From Eledone cirrhosa (Eukaryota): a DNA stretch of 64,000 bases. Of this stretch, positions 39,691 to 52,382 are shown piece by piece. Every line of letters starts with the position of its first letter. Within the stretch, counting starts at the first letter, position 1. The stretch lies in the NCBI GenBank assembly GCA_964016885.1, contig OZ024741.1, forward strand, positions 358,050,001-358,114,000, read 5' to 3'. The notes under the pieces are model-generated. The model had not been told where the DNA came from. It made no database searches and saw nothing but the letters and a program-made list of their open reading frames with translations. The position numbers and the translations under genes are program-made.

Positions 39691-40202
39691 CTTAACGACT
39701 TGTTTCATTTTCCTTTTCAAAGTGAAAGCATAATAGGTTGAACATTTTTACCAATCACCATTGGTAAACATTTTCAGCCTATTATGAGGGGGAGAAAATG
39801 AGGCCAACAAGACGAAATGAAAGTAACTTCAACAAAACGAGCAAGACGGGTAGCCATCTTGAAAATTTCCACTTATTTTTAGGGAATATCTCAAATAGAA
39901 ATATTCCGACATCGGAAAGTCACCAATGTAACGTAAAAGTACAACGAGATGTGACAAATATGTAAAGAATGTTACCTTAGTAACAGTTAATGTAATGTAG
40001 CATATATATAAAGGATAATACAATATAATGATTAAGGTAACGTGTTCTTTGTAATGAGTTGTTGTTGTTAAAAGTGAATTGAAAATGAAATAGTAGAAAT
40101 CAGAAGGCTTTTTTGATAGTTATTTGATAGTTATTTGTCCATTACAGCTAATAATGAATGAGTGAGAAAGCCACACAAATATGCTTGTGATAAAAACAGG
40201 TG

Positions 40203-40689
40203 TTTAGGATATTAGTATCAGTGTATATATATTATCAAGAATGACAATAAATGCAGGTGAGTGTTGTGACATGGTTTTACTTCACAGAAGTCAAATAAAT
40301 TAATATAAATAATTGTTACCACATGTTGATGGTCAGTTGGTCACAACTCCCAGACTGGAGTGTGTGGAGAAGAACAGAAATCTTCTCTTGGTAAGGTTCA
40401 AGTGTTTCTTTAGGCTGCCGTCGCAGGAAGTGAGACAGGAGTCATCTCTTGACAAGGTCTGAGGTGTTCTTGTTGCGGGCGAAGGAAGTGAGAGAGAATT
40501 GCATCACGTTCTCAAATATATAGTCCCCAGGGGGACGCAACTCCATTTAGTACGTGGATCTGCCACTGGGAGTCGCGACCGTGACAAAGGGACACAACTC
40601 CTATACGTATCTGCCACTGGGAGTCGCGACCGTCACAAAGGGACGTAACTCCTATACGTTCTGTGTTAGAGCCGTAAGGGGCCGCTACA
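40203..40689 (-). repeat. 3' LTR
   Basis: Direct repeat of 45411-45867; on the minus strand TGTAGCG...CCTAAA; preceded by the PPT; contains a 51-bp tandem duplication. Confidence 0.95.
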
Positions 40690-40880
40690 TTACCCTCCTC
40701 CAAATGCTAGGCGAAAAGCCCGAAGGTAACTGTAGCGAACCCACAAGCTTGGGCTCCCAGCACAGGCATGAAATATTAACGCAAAGGTACATGTATGAAT
40801 CAGGCATGAAATGGTAACGAAAAGGTTCATAGTAATACAATAAAGAGAAAAACAACAAAAAAAAGGCTCCAGTGGCCAGT

Positions 40881-43800
40881 TCACATGATAACAGTTTGGC
40901 AGAGTTTTTTGGGCCAGTGGACTCTTCGACTGGAACGGGTCGTGGTCTTGTATGTAGGTGAAGGTGGGGCAGAAGGAGCAGGTGTATGCACAAGAGAGAA
41001 AGATTGGGGTATTTGTGGCTCGGGTGTATGAGCGTCATTGTATGCCCTTTTTAGTCTATCCACCGAAATTGTCTCTCTGGACCTCTTAATGTCTACTGTG
41101 AAATGTTTGTCAATACGTGCTAACACACGGTAGGGTCCAGAGTACGGTTGTGTGAGGGGTGGAGTAACCGCATCATTTCTGACGAATACATGTGTCCACG
41201 AGGCAATATCCCTCGGGACTGCAGCTTTAATAGTTTGTTTCCTAGTATTCATGGGCGGTAAGTCCTGAAAATAGGAGCGCAAACGAGATACGTAGGAAAC
41301 AGGGTCCTGAAAAGCAAGATCAACAGGGGCAAGCATTTGCCCAGGCAACGCTAGAGGAGCACCATACAGTAATTCGACCTGGGAGAACCCAAGGTCCTCC
41401 TTTATTGATGACCGAATTCCTAACAACACAATAGGAAGGTACTCGCTCCAACGTTGAGAGTCTGGATAGGCGCGAAGAGCGGCCTTTAATTGGCGGTGGA
41501 ATCGTTCCACCATTCCGTTTGAAGCAGGATGTTAGGCTGAGGTCCGAATCCGTTGAGCGCCAATGATCTTTGTGAGCTCAGAGAAAAGATGAGACTCAAA
41601 TTGTCTACCACGGTCTGTGGTGACTGTAGTTGGTACCCCAAAGCGCGTAATCCACCCTGATACCAGGGCACGCGCTACAGTCTCAGCAGTTATATCTTGT
41701 AAGGGCATGGCTGCAGGCCATCGCGAAAAACGATCGATACAGGTCAAGAGGTACGAATATCCACTGCTGAATGGCCAAGGTCCAACGATATCAATGTGGA
41801 TGTGTTGAAACCGAGCATCTGGAGTACTGAAAGTACCAAGTGGAGTCCGGATGTGTCTGTGGATTTTAGATCTCTGACACTGTGTGCAGGAACGGCACCA
41901 GACAGTAATTTCTCGCCTCATATTGGGCCAGAAAAATCTAGCCGTTATAAGCTTTACTGTGGCAGAAATTCCTGGGTGAGAAATGCTGTGCAAAGCAAGG
42001 AACACAATTCGACGGTGAGTCTCAGGAACAAATGGTCGTGGTGAATCCGTAGATACATCACATAGAATCTGCCTGTCGGTGGTCGACAAGGGCAGATATT
42101 TGAAGATGCAAGTCGCAAATTCGGCAGAAAGAGTATCCAACGATTGGAGTGCAGGTTGGTCTGCAGCTAAACGACCTAAGTCGATCTCCTGGGATGACGA
42201 GATGGAGCTGATTGGCAAACGTGACAATGCGTCTGCAGCTATGTTATGCGAGCCAGCAATGTGCTGGATATCATTTGTAAATTGCGAAACGTAATCCAGG
42301 TGCCTTGTCTCTCTGGGCGAATATCTGTCGGCTTTAGCCCTCAAAGCGAAGGTCAGAGGTTTGTGGTCGGTTAAAACAGTAAAATTTCTCTCCTCAAGAA
42401 TGTGAGAGAAATGTTTCACCGACAGATATATGGCTAATAATTCCCGCCCAAACGTGCTGTAACGCGTTTCTGCTGGTTTCAGCTTCCCCGAGAAAAATGC
42501 CAAAGGTTGTTGATTTCCAGCGTTGAACTGCTGTAAAACTTCTCCCACAGTGGTATCAGATGCATCAACACAAAGCGAAAGCTTGGCCTCTGGTACCGGG
42601 TAGGCTAGCAAAGATGAACTAGCGAGTGATGTCTTGGCAGTCTGGAAGTCTTTAAGCTGTCCTTGTGTCAAGGAAATATCCTCATTCTTCTTACGAAGAT
42701 TTTTCAAAATGTCAGTAAGGGAAGATAGCAAATTAGCACAATGAGGAACGAAACGCCTATAGAAATTGATTATGCCTAAGAAGTGACGCAACTAGTGAAG
42801 TGTAGTAGGCGGAGGTAAATCCTATATGGCTTGAACTCGCTGAGGGAGCGGCCTAATACCTTCGGCGTCGATGAGGTGACCTAAAAAATATAGCGAAGTG
42901 GAACCGAAAACACACTTTGCGGGATTCACACGAACGCGGTAATCCTGAAGTCGCCGAAATAAGAGATGCATGTGGCGCATATGCCCTTCCAGAGAGGAAC
43001 TAGCGACGAGAATATCGTCTATGTAAGCATAAACGAAGTCCAGACCACGAGTGACTTCGTCTATGAACCGCTGAAAAGTGCTAGCGGCGTTCCTGAGTCC
43101 GAAAGGCATGGTAAAAAATTCGAAGGATCCGAAAGGAGTTGTAATCGCCGCTTTCGGAATATCCTCCTTCCTGACCGGAATTTAGTGGTAGGCTCGCACT
43201 AAATCTAGTTTTGAGAAAATCTTACACCCCTGCAATGAAGATGCGAAATCCTGGAGATGGGGAATGGGATACCTATCCGGGACGGTCATAGCATTTAACC
43301 TCCTGTAATCCCCAGTGGGTCTCCAATCGCCGGAAGTCTTGGGCACCATGTGTAACGGTGAAGCCCAAGGGATCGTAGATGGGTGACTAATGCCCAGCTG
43401 CAGCATATGGTCGAACTCGGACCGTGCTGCCTTTAAATTGTTCGCCGGTAAGCGGCGTGGACGCGAAAACACTGGAGCACCGGTGGTGGAAATGAAATGT
43501 TCAGTTGAGTGTGTTGGCTCAGTGACTCGACAATTTCCATCGGTGAGCTCCGGGAAAGAACCTAGCAACGAATGGTAGGCGTCTCCAGCGGCAGCGATGA
43601 AGAATATGGAGCTGACTGTTGGACCATTGGCTTTTCGGCCACGAATTGAAAAACCGGTGATGTCATCCACCAGGCGTTGGCTACGGACGTCCACAGTCAA
43701 AGAGAATTTATGGAGGAAATCCGTTCCTAAGATAGAGTATGGCAAATCGGCAACCGTAAAAATCCACTTAAAATCCCTACGAAGATTTAGGAATTTGAGA

Positions 43801-44180
43801 GGAAGCGAGATTTGCCCGTACATCTTTATAGACGAGTGATTAACTGCCTGCAGAGTAACGGATGACTCTACGGGGGTATCTTTCAGGCAATGGACCGGCC
43901 AAATACTACAGGAGGCTCCTGTATCCACGAGGAAACCTCTTCCCGATATAAGGTCCTTAATGAAGAAATGGCGGTTTGGTGGCTTTATGTTGAGGTCAAC
44001 TGCCCCATCAGCGGACCTCTTTGGCGTTTCCCGCCTTATGAAACGAGCAAGGTTGCACGCAGTGGTTCGCGCTCTCAACGAATCGCTCATGGTACCAGCA
44101 TAAAGATGAAGCTGGTGACTTGGAGTGGCGTCTAAAAGATTGAAATCTCCCGCGGCTGCGGAGGCGCGAACGGGCACCAC
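40881..44180 (-). pseudogene. pol: Gypsy pol (PR-RT-RH-IN) with in-frame premature stops
   Basis: ORFs 43182..44180, 42822..43109, 41532..42791 and 40881..41513 are in one frame, separated by stop codons. Confidence 0.93.
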
Positions 44181-44793
44181 ACCAGGCCTTCATCTTCTGG
44201 AGCTCCAGGGTGAGTTCTGCATCGCCATAATAGCTGAGCTCTCTATAGGAGCTGCCGCGCAGATGGCATGACCAGGTGTGGCCTGAGCTGGTTGGGAATC
44301 AGCGGCAAGGGCTTCGCTGCCTCCAGCATCCGTGACTTCGAAAACTTTGTCCGCGGAGGCGGCAAGCTGATCCACCGTGCAAGTATCCCTAATGGGGGCC
44401 AAAATTGCCTGTACTTTGGTCGGTAGGCGCGAGAAGAACAACTGCCTCAGCATGGCAGTTTCCGCTACCAACCCCTCCGTTAGGTCCTTCATTCTCCTTA
44501 GGAGGTTCGATGGGGTGCCATCACCGATATGCTCCAGATGGACCAGAGCCATAAACCTTTTTTCTGCGGACTGTGCAGTCCGGCTGAGTATTTCACCTTT
44601 CAGAGACTTGTACGTCGCGCCGGTGGGTGTCTCTAACACCAGGTCCTTAATCGCTGGGATAAGTGCCGGCGGAATTGCACTAAGGGCCAGAGGACGTTGT
44701 TGTGCCTCGTCAATTCTGTTCGCCTCGAAAAATGCTTCGAGTTGGGCGAACCATAACCTTACGTCGCCCGACGGTAGAACAGAATGAGATGCC
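44008..44793 (-). pseudogene. gag: Gypsy gag, frameshifted before the CHCC knuckle
   Basis: VRLWFAQLEAFF...YKSLKGEIL...IGDGTPSNLLRRM...LFFSRLP in ORF 44190..44876; zinc knuckle in the other frame (44008..44193). Confidence 0.88.
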
Positions 44794-45410
44794 ATTGGTA
44801 TACCGTAGGTAATCTGCCAAAAAAAAATCGTCTCCGTTTGGAAAAATGTCTCCAACACAACAGAAAAAGAAAACAAAATCGCTTATTTTTCTCTGCCAAA
44901 CAACTGGACAGGAAAAAGAATGTATTCGAGACAATATGCAAAGGAGCGACTAACCGAGCGATGTCATTAATAAGGTATAGGCAGGGAATTTAAAACTAAA
45001 ACCAACATGGTGGACTATTTCGCGCCAAAAATACTATTGAAGGAGAAGAGGAGAAGAAAGCCGCCATCTTGTCATCCTCAAAAATGTTAGCCAGAGAAAA
45101 GAAGAAAAGAAGAAAAGAAGAAAAGAAGAAAAGAAGAAAAGAAGAAAAGAAGAAAAGAAGAAAAAAAAAAATTCATACAATTGCTGTTTGTTTGTGTGTA
45201 AATACTTTGGATGCTCGTTTTGCACATATGAAGAGTTTGATGTTAAGTGTTACAGAGAAATATGTTTAGATCGGTCAATACAGCCATATCAGAATCAAGT
45301 GTGTTGTTCTGTATTAAATGTTTGTTTCTTTCTCTTTTTTTTTTATATACACATGGTACTATTTCCCATTCTTTAAAAAAAAACAAAACAAAAAAACGTC
45401 AGGTCACCAA

Positions 45411-45867
45411 TTTAGGATATTAGTATCAGTGTATATATATTATCAAGAATGACAATAAATGCAGGTGAGTGTTGTGACATGGTTTTACTTCACAGAAGTC
45501 AAATAAATTAATATAAATAATTGTTACCACATGTTGATGGTCAGTTGGTCACAACTCCCAGACTGGAGTGTGTGGAGAAGAACAGAAATCTTCACTTGGT
45601 AAGGTTCAAGTGTTTCTTTAGGCTGCCGGCGCAGGAAGTGAGACAGGAGTCATCTCTTGACAAGGTCTGAGGTGTTGCGGGCGAAGGAAATGAGAGAGAA
45701 TTGCCTCACGTTCTCAAATATATAGTCCCCAGGGGGATGCAATTCCATTTAGTACATGGATCTGCCACTGGGAGTCGCGACCGTGACAAAGGGACGCAAC
45801 TCCTATACGTATCTGCCACTGGGAGTCGCGACCGTCACAAAGGGACGTAACTCCTATACGCGCTACA
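45411..45867 (-). repeat. 5' LTR
   Basis: Direct repeat of 40203-40689; followed on the minus strand by T-TGGTGACC (tRNA-Trp-like PBS). Confidence 0.95.
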
Positions 45868-46826
45868 GGTGTATTGGAAGAGGGAAAGTAATTTTACAAA
45901 GGTGTCTGTATATAAGTCAATATGCCTTGTCTGTTATTGGCGATAGTAGTTGAATTTGAGTTGGTCAGTCTTGGCAGGTTGGAAGCGATGACCATGTCTT
46001 GACAGCTTGGAGTTTCTGCGGCGACTGAGTAAAGTCTTGGCGCCTCTTCATACTTCGGCGGAAGTGACGTCACTAAGTTTTTGCGCATGTATCCACTACA
46101 CAACCATCAGTTCTGTTAAACTAAAAATCCAAACGGGGAGTACCATGAAAAAAAAATGCCCCAAAATGGGGAGATTTTACAAATGAAAGCTATACCCATT
46201 TTCACAAGAGAAGACATCTCTCACTCGGAAATGGGTGGGAGATCTCCCTGTCGGATGGAGAGAGTTGACAGGTCTGATCCATACATCTCAACTCACTGAG
46301 ACACACACATGTCTGTCTCATAACAATGAACAAACTGACTAACCTACTAAATCAACAATACAACTACACATTTAATTAACTAACATTCAAATTTTAAATA
46401 CCGCTACATTTGGTGACCTCGAACGAAAAAAAAAATGCCTCTACACACATGGCACACGTTCGTCAATTGTACCAACAAAGGTTTCAACAAACTTTCTTTT
46501 AATGTAATAGCGGAAGCGAGATTAGAATCCATTATCTTTGGATTAGTGAAAGAGCAGGTTAAATACTATATGTAGAAAACCATACTACCGCAAATTCAGC
46601 ACTTGTAATGGTATTTATGTATATATTTAAAACATATGTTTTAAACATTTGTAATGTTATTTATACAGCTGCGAATAAAACATTTTTTCAAGTTCAAGAA
46701 ATGACAAGGCAAAATAGATGGAAAAAAAAGTTAATCACTATATGTAAATAGTCACAATGAAACATTGAAGATTCATTATCTCTTCAGATCAATGACAAAG
46801 CTAATAGAAAGAGATGATTCACTTAC

Positions 46827-46874
46827 CAGAGCATGGTATTTCGCAGGTTTTACGTTGGTAAAGGTGTAAGTAGT
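46827..46874 (-). CDS. IL-17 receptor-like gene, 48-bp exon
   Basis: tttccacag|ACT...CTG|gtaagt, phase 0 to 0. Encodes TTYTFTNVKPAKYHAL, a typical FnIII E-F strand pattern (F-x-N-V-x-P-x-x-Y). Confidence 0.75.
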
Positions 46875-46904
46875 CTGTGGAAAGTACATATGTATTATTA
46901 TTAG

Positions 46905-47092
46905 GTGGATTGGCAGTATCGGTAGAGGGTCGGACGCCATGCTTTGCAGCAAAGAGTTACGGCCCTTTATGGTCTGAGTTCATATCTCGCTGAGGTTAAA
47001 TTTGCCTTTCAGCCTTACAGGGTCGATAAAATAAAGTACTAGTAATGCACTGGATAATTGCTGGTCTTGTGCCAAAAGTAGAAACAATTATT
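46905..47092 (+). mobile_element. tRNA-derived SINE family A
   Basis: A-box-like TGGCAGTATCGGTAG, B-box-like GAGTTCATATC, core gcctttcagccttacagggtcgataaaataaagtact. Confidence 0.85.
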
Positions 47093-47229
47093 AGTCTAGA
47101 CTTTTTCACATTCAAGTTAAGGCAATTGCCGATCATAGTTATATATATATATATATATATATATATACCCATCCACTTCTGTCCACTCCACCCTTACACT
47201 GTAAACAAAATATATCCAGCCCACACCAA

Positions 47230-47497
47230 CTGTAAAGTGGTCGTGTAGGTGTCACGACAAAGTCAGCCAGTTCACACTATACTGTGATCATGTAGGAGTC
47301 ACGACAAAAAGCACCCAGCACACACTGTAAATATGGTTGGTGTCAGGAAGGAAGGGCATCCAGTCGTAGAATCCTAGCCAAAATCGGTTCTATATGAGTA
47401 AGACACGGTCACCTGATCTAACTTGCCTCAAATGGGACAGCCCGTCTAACCCATGCTAGCATGGAAAATGGACGATAAATGATGATGATGATGATGA
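47230..47497 (+). mobile_element. SINE family B with (GAT)n tail
   Basis: aaaaagcacccagcacacactgtaaa...ggaagggcatccag...cccatgctagcatggaaaatggacgataaatgatgatgat. Confidence 0.75.
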
Positions 47498-47509
47498 TAT
47501 ATATATGTG

Positions 47510-47541
<32 letters not shown>

Positions 47542-48000
47542 AGGGATAACAAGTTATCGTTATAGGTAATCCAGTTAGAGGTTGTGAATACTCCGTATTG
47601 TGGATAGTTTTAGCGTACGGCGTTGTTTGACTCAATAAGAGGTTTCCTTAGGTAGCGAATTTATGAGTTCTCAGGAATTCCTATGTAAGTTAATCTTGGA
47701 GTGTGAAAGAATGAAGAATAACATGGTCAACAGTACAAGAAGGGTTTTATTTACAGTATTAACAATTGTTTGATTGATTAAGTTATCTTAAAATTGTTAA
47801 TCACTTGGGAGTTGTGTCACTCAATTTTAAATACGATGTATGCTTAACCAAATCATCAGATAACTGGATAAAATTATACATAGCGTTTACAAATTCAAAT
47901 TACAACATCAGTAATAAATAAAGAAAAAGAAATAGAGGAAAAAGAAAAAGATAGAGAGAAAAAAGAGAAAGAAAGAAAGAAAGAAAGAAAAAGAAAGAAA

Positions 48001-48044
<44 letters not shown>

Positions 48045-48127
48045 AGAAAAAAGAATAAAGAAAAAAGATAAAGAAAAAGAAAAATAGAGAGAAAAAATAA
48101 ATGAATAAAGTAATGATAATAAATGAA

Positions 48128-48316
48128 TAATTGTTTCTACTTTTGGCACAAGGCCAGCAATTATCCCAGTGTATTACTGGTACTTTATTTTATCGACCCC
48201 GTAATGATGAAAGGCAAAGTTAACCTCGGCGGGATTTGAACTCAGTCCGTAAAGGGACGTAACTGTGCTGCAAAGCATGGCGCCCAACCCTCTATCGATA
48301 CTGCCAATCCACCTCC
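48128..48316 (-). mobile_element. tRNA-derived SINE family A
   Basis: Reverse complement of 46905-47092; flanked by taaatgaataat on both sides (probable TSD). Confidence 0.85.
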
Positions 48317-48733
48317 ATTATAAATGAATAATAATAAATAAGTTATAGCGAAGATGATAAAAAAAAATAAAAATTTATGCTTGCGAAGAAAATGAACATA
48401 ATATGATTGTTGAAAATAGTGGTGTTGGTGGTTAAAATATAAATATATGATGGTATAAACATAAAAAATATTAAATAAATTCATATATTTATTAGTTAAA
48501 TTAATAAATTGGAAGTTATATTAGAAGTGAAGATAGTACGATAGGTTATAATGTATGAGATGAAATATATTTAGGGAAAGAAATTGAAAGATAGAAAATG
48601 AAAGAGAGAAAATATAATAGGTTATGATGTTGATTCATTGACAGTTAATAACAATAATAATAACAATGGTGATAATGGGTTATTATAATAGACTCAGGTG
48701 GTATAATTTGAATTATGGAATTGTTGGGTCGAA

Positions 48734-49600
48734 TCAAGTTGGTTTAAAATTATCGAATTTATTTGCTGCTTTATGTATACATAAAATTGACCGTTCAATT
48801 TTGCTGTTAAGCAGCATTTTGTCATATTTTAAAATATGGAATAATTCCATATTACAAAGCCTACAGTGGGACATACGAATTTTGTAGGCCATTGCCCCTG
48901 ACAATTTAGACCAGCTAATCCTGTATTCTTGGTTTGTATCTTTAAGCTGCCAGATTTTATTGGCGAGCGTTGTTGTATTAATTAATTTACGGTTCTTTAT
49001 AGAGTGTCTGTGGACGTACCGTCGTTTTTTGAACTCCCCCGCCGTAGAACCTATGTAGTGCCATGCTAAGTTGTCTGAATTTATAGTACATACGTACACT
49101 ATATTTGATTCAAGGCATCTAGTAAGTGACAGTTACATTTTGAGGCCTTCCTATGTGCCGATTCAGCGATGCGGTTTTGTATGTTCTTATGTATGGGCTG
49201 AGATTTGGGTTTGTTGATGTATTGTGGTGATGTGTTCTGACGTGTGTGTGGTTGTGATGTAGTTATGTGTATGTGTTTTGTATTTTGTGTTATGGTGTTT
49301 GTTATTAGAGATTCTTTTATAGTTAATTTTCTGTATGTGTGATTATATGTTGGTTGCAGTAGAGTAAGATAGTTTGATAGTATTTCTATTAAAGATTTTA
49401 TGGTATTTGTGAAGTTTAGTGAAGTGCTTGTCAATTAATTTAAAGAATATAGAAGGTAGTTTGGTTTTTATAGAGGAGTTAAATATTGGATTGAACCATA
49501 AGTATTTTCTATCTCTGGATCTTCTATAGTTCCTAGGGGTCCTTATATTAGTATTCGGTTCAATTATTTCTGGTGCTCGTTGCCTATTTCTATGTTTAGT
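48734..49600 (-). mobile_element. Penelope-like element 3' part (linker plus GIY-YIG endonuclease), frameshifted
   Basis: WFNPIFNSSIKTK...IDKHF...HKIFNRNTIKLSYS, then YVCTI...YIGSTAGEFKKR...H...CRLCNME...LLNSKIE...CIH. Confidence 0.85.
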
Positions 49601-50735
49601 CCTATATATATATATAGTCCTATATATATAGTTAACAAAGGGGGTTAAAGTTCCACACAAATCGAAGATAGAAAGTAAAAATGGGAAAGCACAGAAATAT
49701 ATTTAAAGATTATTTTTTTCTTTAATTCATCAAAACAAATATTTTCTATATCTGTGACACCAAATGGATTTAATTTCTATCAAATTTTACTGGTTATGTC
49801 AATCTTATATCAAATAATATTTAATCAATATGAAAAATTCTGTTATTGTATTTTGCAAGTTGTTAAACATATGGGTATTTTCTCTCAGTTTCATCTTATA
49901 TATATTTTTTATGTAAATAGGTGGAGGTGGGTAGGCGTCTTTTATATAACAAAAGAGAATAAATAAGAAAAACAATTGATTAACAAATATAAACCATACA
50001 TAAACATGTAATTGTTTCCCATTAGATATTAAATAATGGTCTAATGGGAACAACAAAATTACACAATTCTATAAGCAAACTTCTGTATGTAAAACCACGC
50101 ATACGATAAAAGAAATATTACCACTTTTCCAAAACAGCTCACTACGAAAGCATTAAGTTAATAATAATATCATAAAACCGTAATTCAAGAAACCATAATT
50201 TATATTCTTAAAATCTACATTATTTTGTAAAAATCTAATTAGTATGTAATAATCATCTAAAAAACGAAAAAAAAAAAAAGAAATTTAAAGCTAACTACCT
50301 TTTAATGATTTTGATGTGACTGCTTATTGTAGGAAAGCATTTTGATATTTGGTTGTAACATGGAATTCTGAAGTTTCAACTGAACCTCTAGATGGCATCC
50401 GCCATTTGTGATCTCAAAGGCGTTTTTATTTTGTTTAGGTAGGAGAATGTAGATTCGTAGCAATAAATGGTTGAAAAACAAGAGAGCATTTTTCGTGCAT
50501 GTTGCTGAAGATATGGGTATTCTATTCAAAAGACCACACAAAATGGCATAGAAGGCCGCATGCGTCCTTAAGACCGCAGGTTCCCCATCTCTTGACAAGA
50601 CGATATACATTTCAGCCTAGTTAATCTGGTGGTAAGATCTGTGTCAACATGGAAATGATTTCACAAAAGTTTTCAGGAACGAAAAAGAACACCAAAAACA
50701 AAACAAAATTACGTTGTAATCATCAACATTAAATC

Positions 50736-50768
<33 letters not shown>

Positions 50769-51064
50769 GACGCTAATTCAAATATGTTCACGGCTTGAAT
50801 GTCATTGATTATCGGTCTGCTCATTCAGAGTTTATTAGGAGTAAAACAATTACCACGACTATAAGGATCATGCTGCTTCTGAAGATGATAATCATCATCA
50901 CCAGCATGACCATTTTTTATGTGACAACTTTGTTAATTCGCCACATATATACATAAGAGTATCCCCCAGTCATGTTTAGATGGCGAGCCTTTCAATCCAA
51001 CTTCGATTCTCAATCTAAGTAGACAGTACTATCTTATCATACCAGGTCGCCTTGATATACTTAC

Positions 51065-51222
51065 TTTGTTAGTCGTATCTAATATCTTGTAACTTTTTAG
51101 ATACGGAGCCAAAGAAACGATATAACTGCTGATGTTCCATTGATCTGGTGCGTGTGTAAACTTCAAGTGGACGGTTGCCTGGACAGGATCCACCCGGACG
51201 GCGATACACGGTATCCAAGTCC
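51065..51222 (-). CDS. IL-17 receptor-like gene, ectodomain exon (start of second FnIII-like domain)
   Basis: Acceptor cttttcag|GG, donor AAA|gtaagt, phase 1 to 0. Encodes TWIPCIAVRVDPVQATVHLKFTHAPDQWNISSYIVSLAPYLKSYKILDTTNK; the W-x-P...V-x-F-x-H-A-P pattern resembles the IL17RD/IL17RA D2 domain. Confidence 0.8.
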
Positions 51223-52382
51223 CTGAAAAGAAATTTAATAAATTCATGGCATAACGTCTCTCAGAGTAATAATGGAAAAAAAAATGCAATTACGCGATGT
51301 TCATGCCTTTCTCGTGAGATACTAACGACATAAGGAGACATGGAAAAGGAAAGTTTCTCATCTGAAATTCCATTGAGTGTCGAAATTGGTACGAATTAAA
51401 TACTACATACTTGAGATGGGGTGAAAAGGAACGATAGGAAGAAAGAAAAGGAGAACAAGAGGAAAAAGAAAAGAAGAAAAAGAGAAAAAGGCAGAGGAAA
51501 GAAAAAGAGAAAAAAAATAAAATAAAAAGCAGAGGAAAGAAAGCGAGAAAAGAAATAGAAGTAGGAGAGCAAAGAAGGAAAGAAAAGAAGAATCGACCCA
51601 GTACTTGATTGATAATTAGTTTGTCGACTCTAAAATGACAAAAGAAAAACGTTAACGAGATTTAACATCAAAACAGAGAATCAGAACAAACATGCTTTAA
51701 AGCGATCTATTCGATGATCGAACAACTCTGCCGCTTTGCTGCTTCGTCTCTCTTTCTTTCTTTAGAAATGCAGAAGGGTTGAGTGAGGGGAGGGACTAGC
51801 AACCCCTTCTCGTAGAAAAAAAGAAAAAGAAGCTGATATACTATTGGAACATAGAGGTAGGACGCCCTGATACCTTTCCTTTTGGAAAGTCGCAAATCCG
51901 GCTGTTGGGACGTTCAGGGTTTCCCCATTAGCAATATAAGTGAAGCACAAGCCCTAACCATGAATTAAACTTGCACCGCACTTGTTCTACACTAAAACAG
52001 ACTAATAGTAGGCAAAGCATCATGCTATCATCAAATATTTGATATCTTGAAATATCAAATATTTGTCAAGTATCGTCGTGTAATGTGTTCGTATCAGTGC
52101 TGCTTATTTAAGACGCATAACTTCGATGAGTATAATATCGTCAACAGATCTCATACTCATATTTTATACAAGAAGCAAATGAGTTAAAGTCAATTGGACA
52201 ACCATGTTTACACCCTGATGTGAACTTTGTTCCTAAGTTAGCTAAATAAGTCATTGCGATCACACACGCTGATCTTTTGGTCTCATAGATATTTAATTCC
52301 TTTGTTTGGGACTAGTGTCACCAAATTATCTGGAGGAATGGTTTTCTAGAGGAGAAGCCATTTGCAGATTGTCAGAAGATAA

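Larger units (their letters stand above)
40203..45867 (-). mobile_element. Full-length Ty3/Gypsy LTR retrotransposon, CsRn1/Boudicca-like clade, with broken ORFs
   Basis: Two LTRs; TSD GGTG (40199-40202, 45868-45871); PBS TGGTGACCTGACG; PPT GGAGGAGGG. Gag has [18 protein letters not shown] (CX2HX9CX3C). Protease LVDTGAS, RT YIDDIL, RNase H VDAS/TDHKPL, integrase HHCC plus TDRGRQF/VERFHRQLK and GPY motif. Confidence 0.97.

Noticed and set aside
40512-41038. env-like or extra ORFs in the Gypsy 3' region
   Set aside because: Short ORFs arise from LTR tandem repeats and alternative frames; there is no room or signature for an envelope gene.
46905-46990. tRNA gene
   Set aside because: A/B boxes are present, but the sequence continues into a SINE body found five times in the window; no complete cloverleaf.
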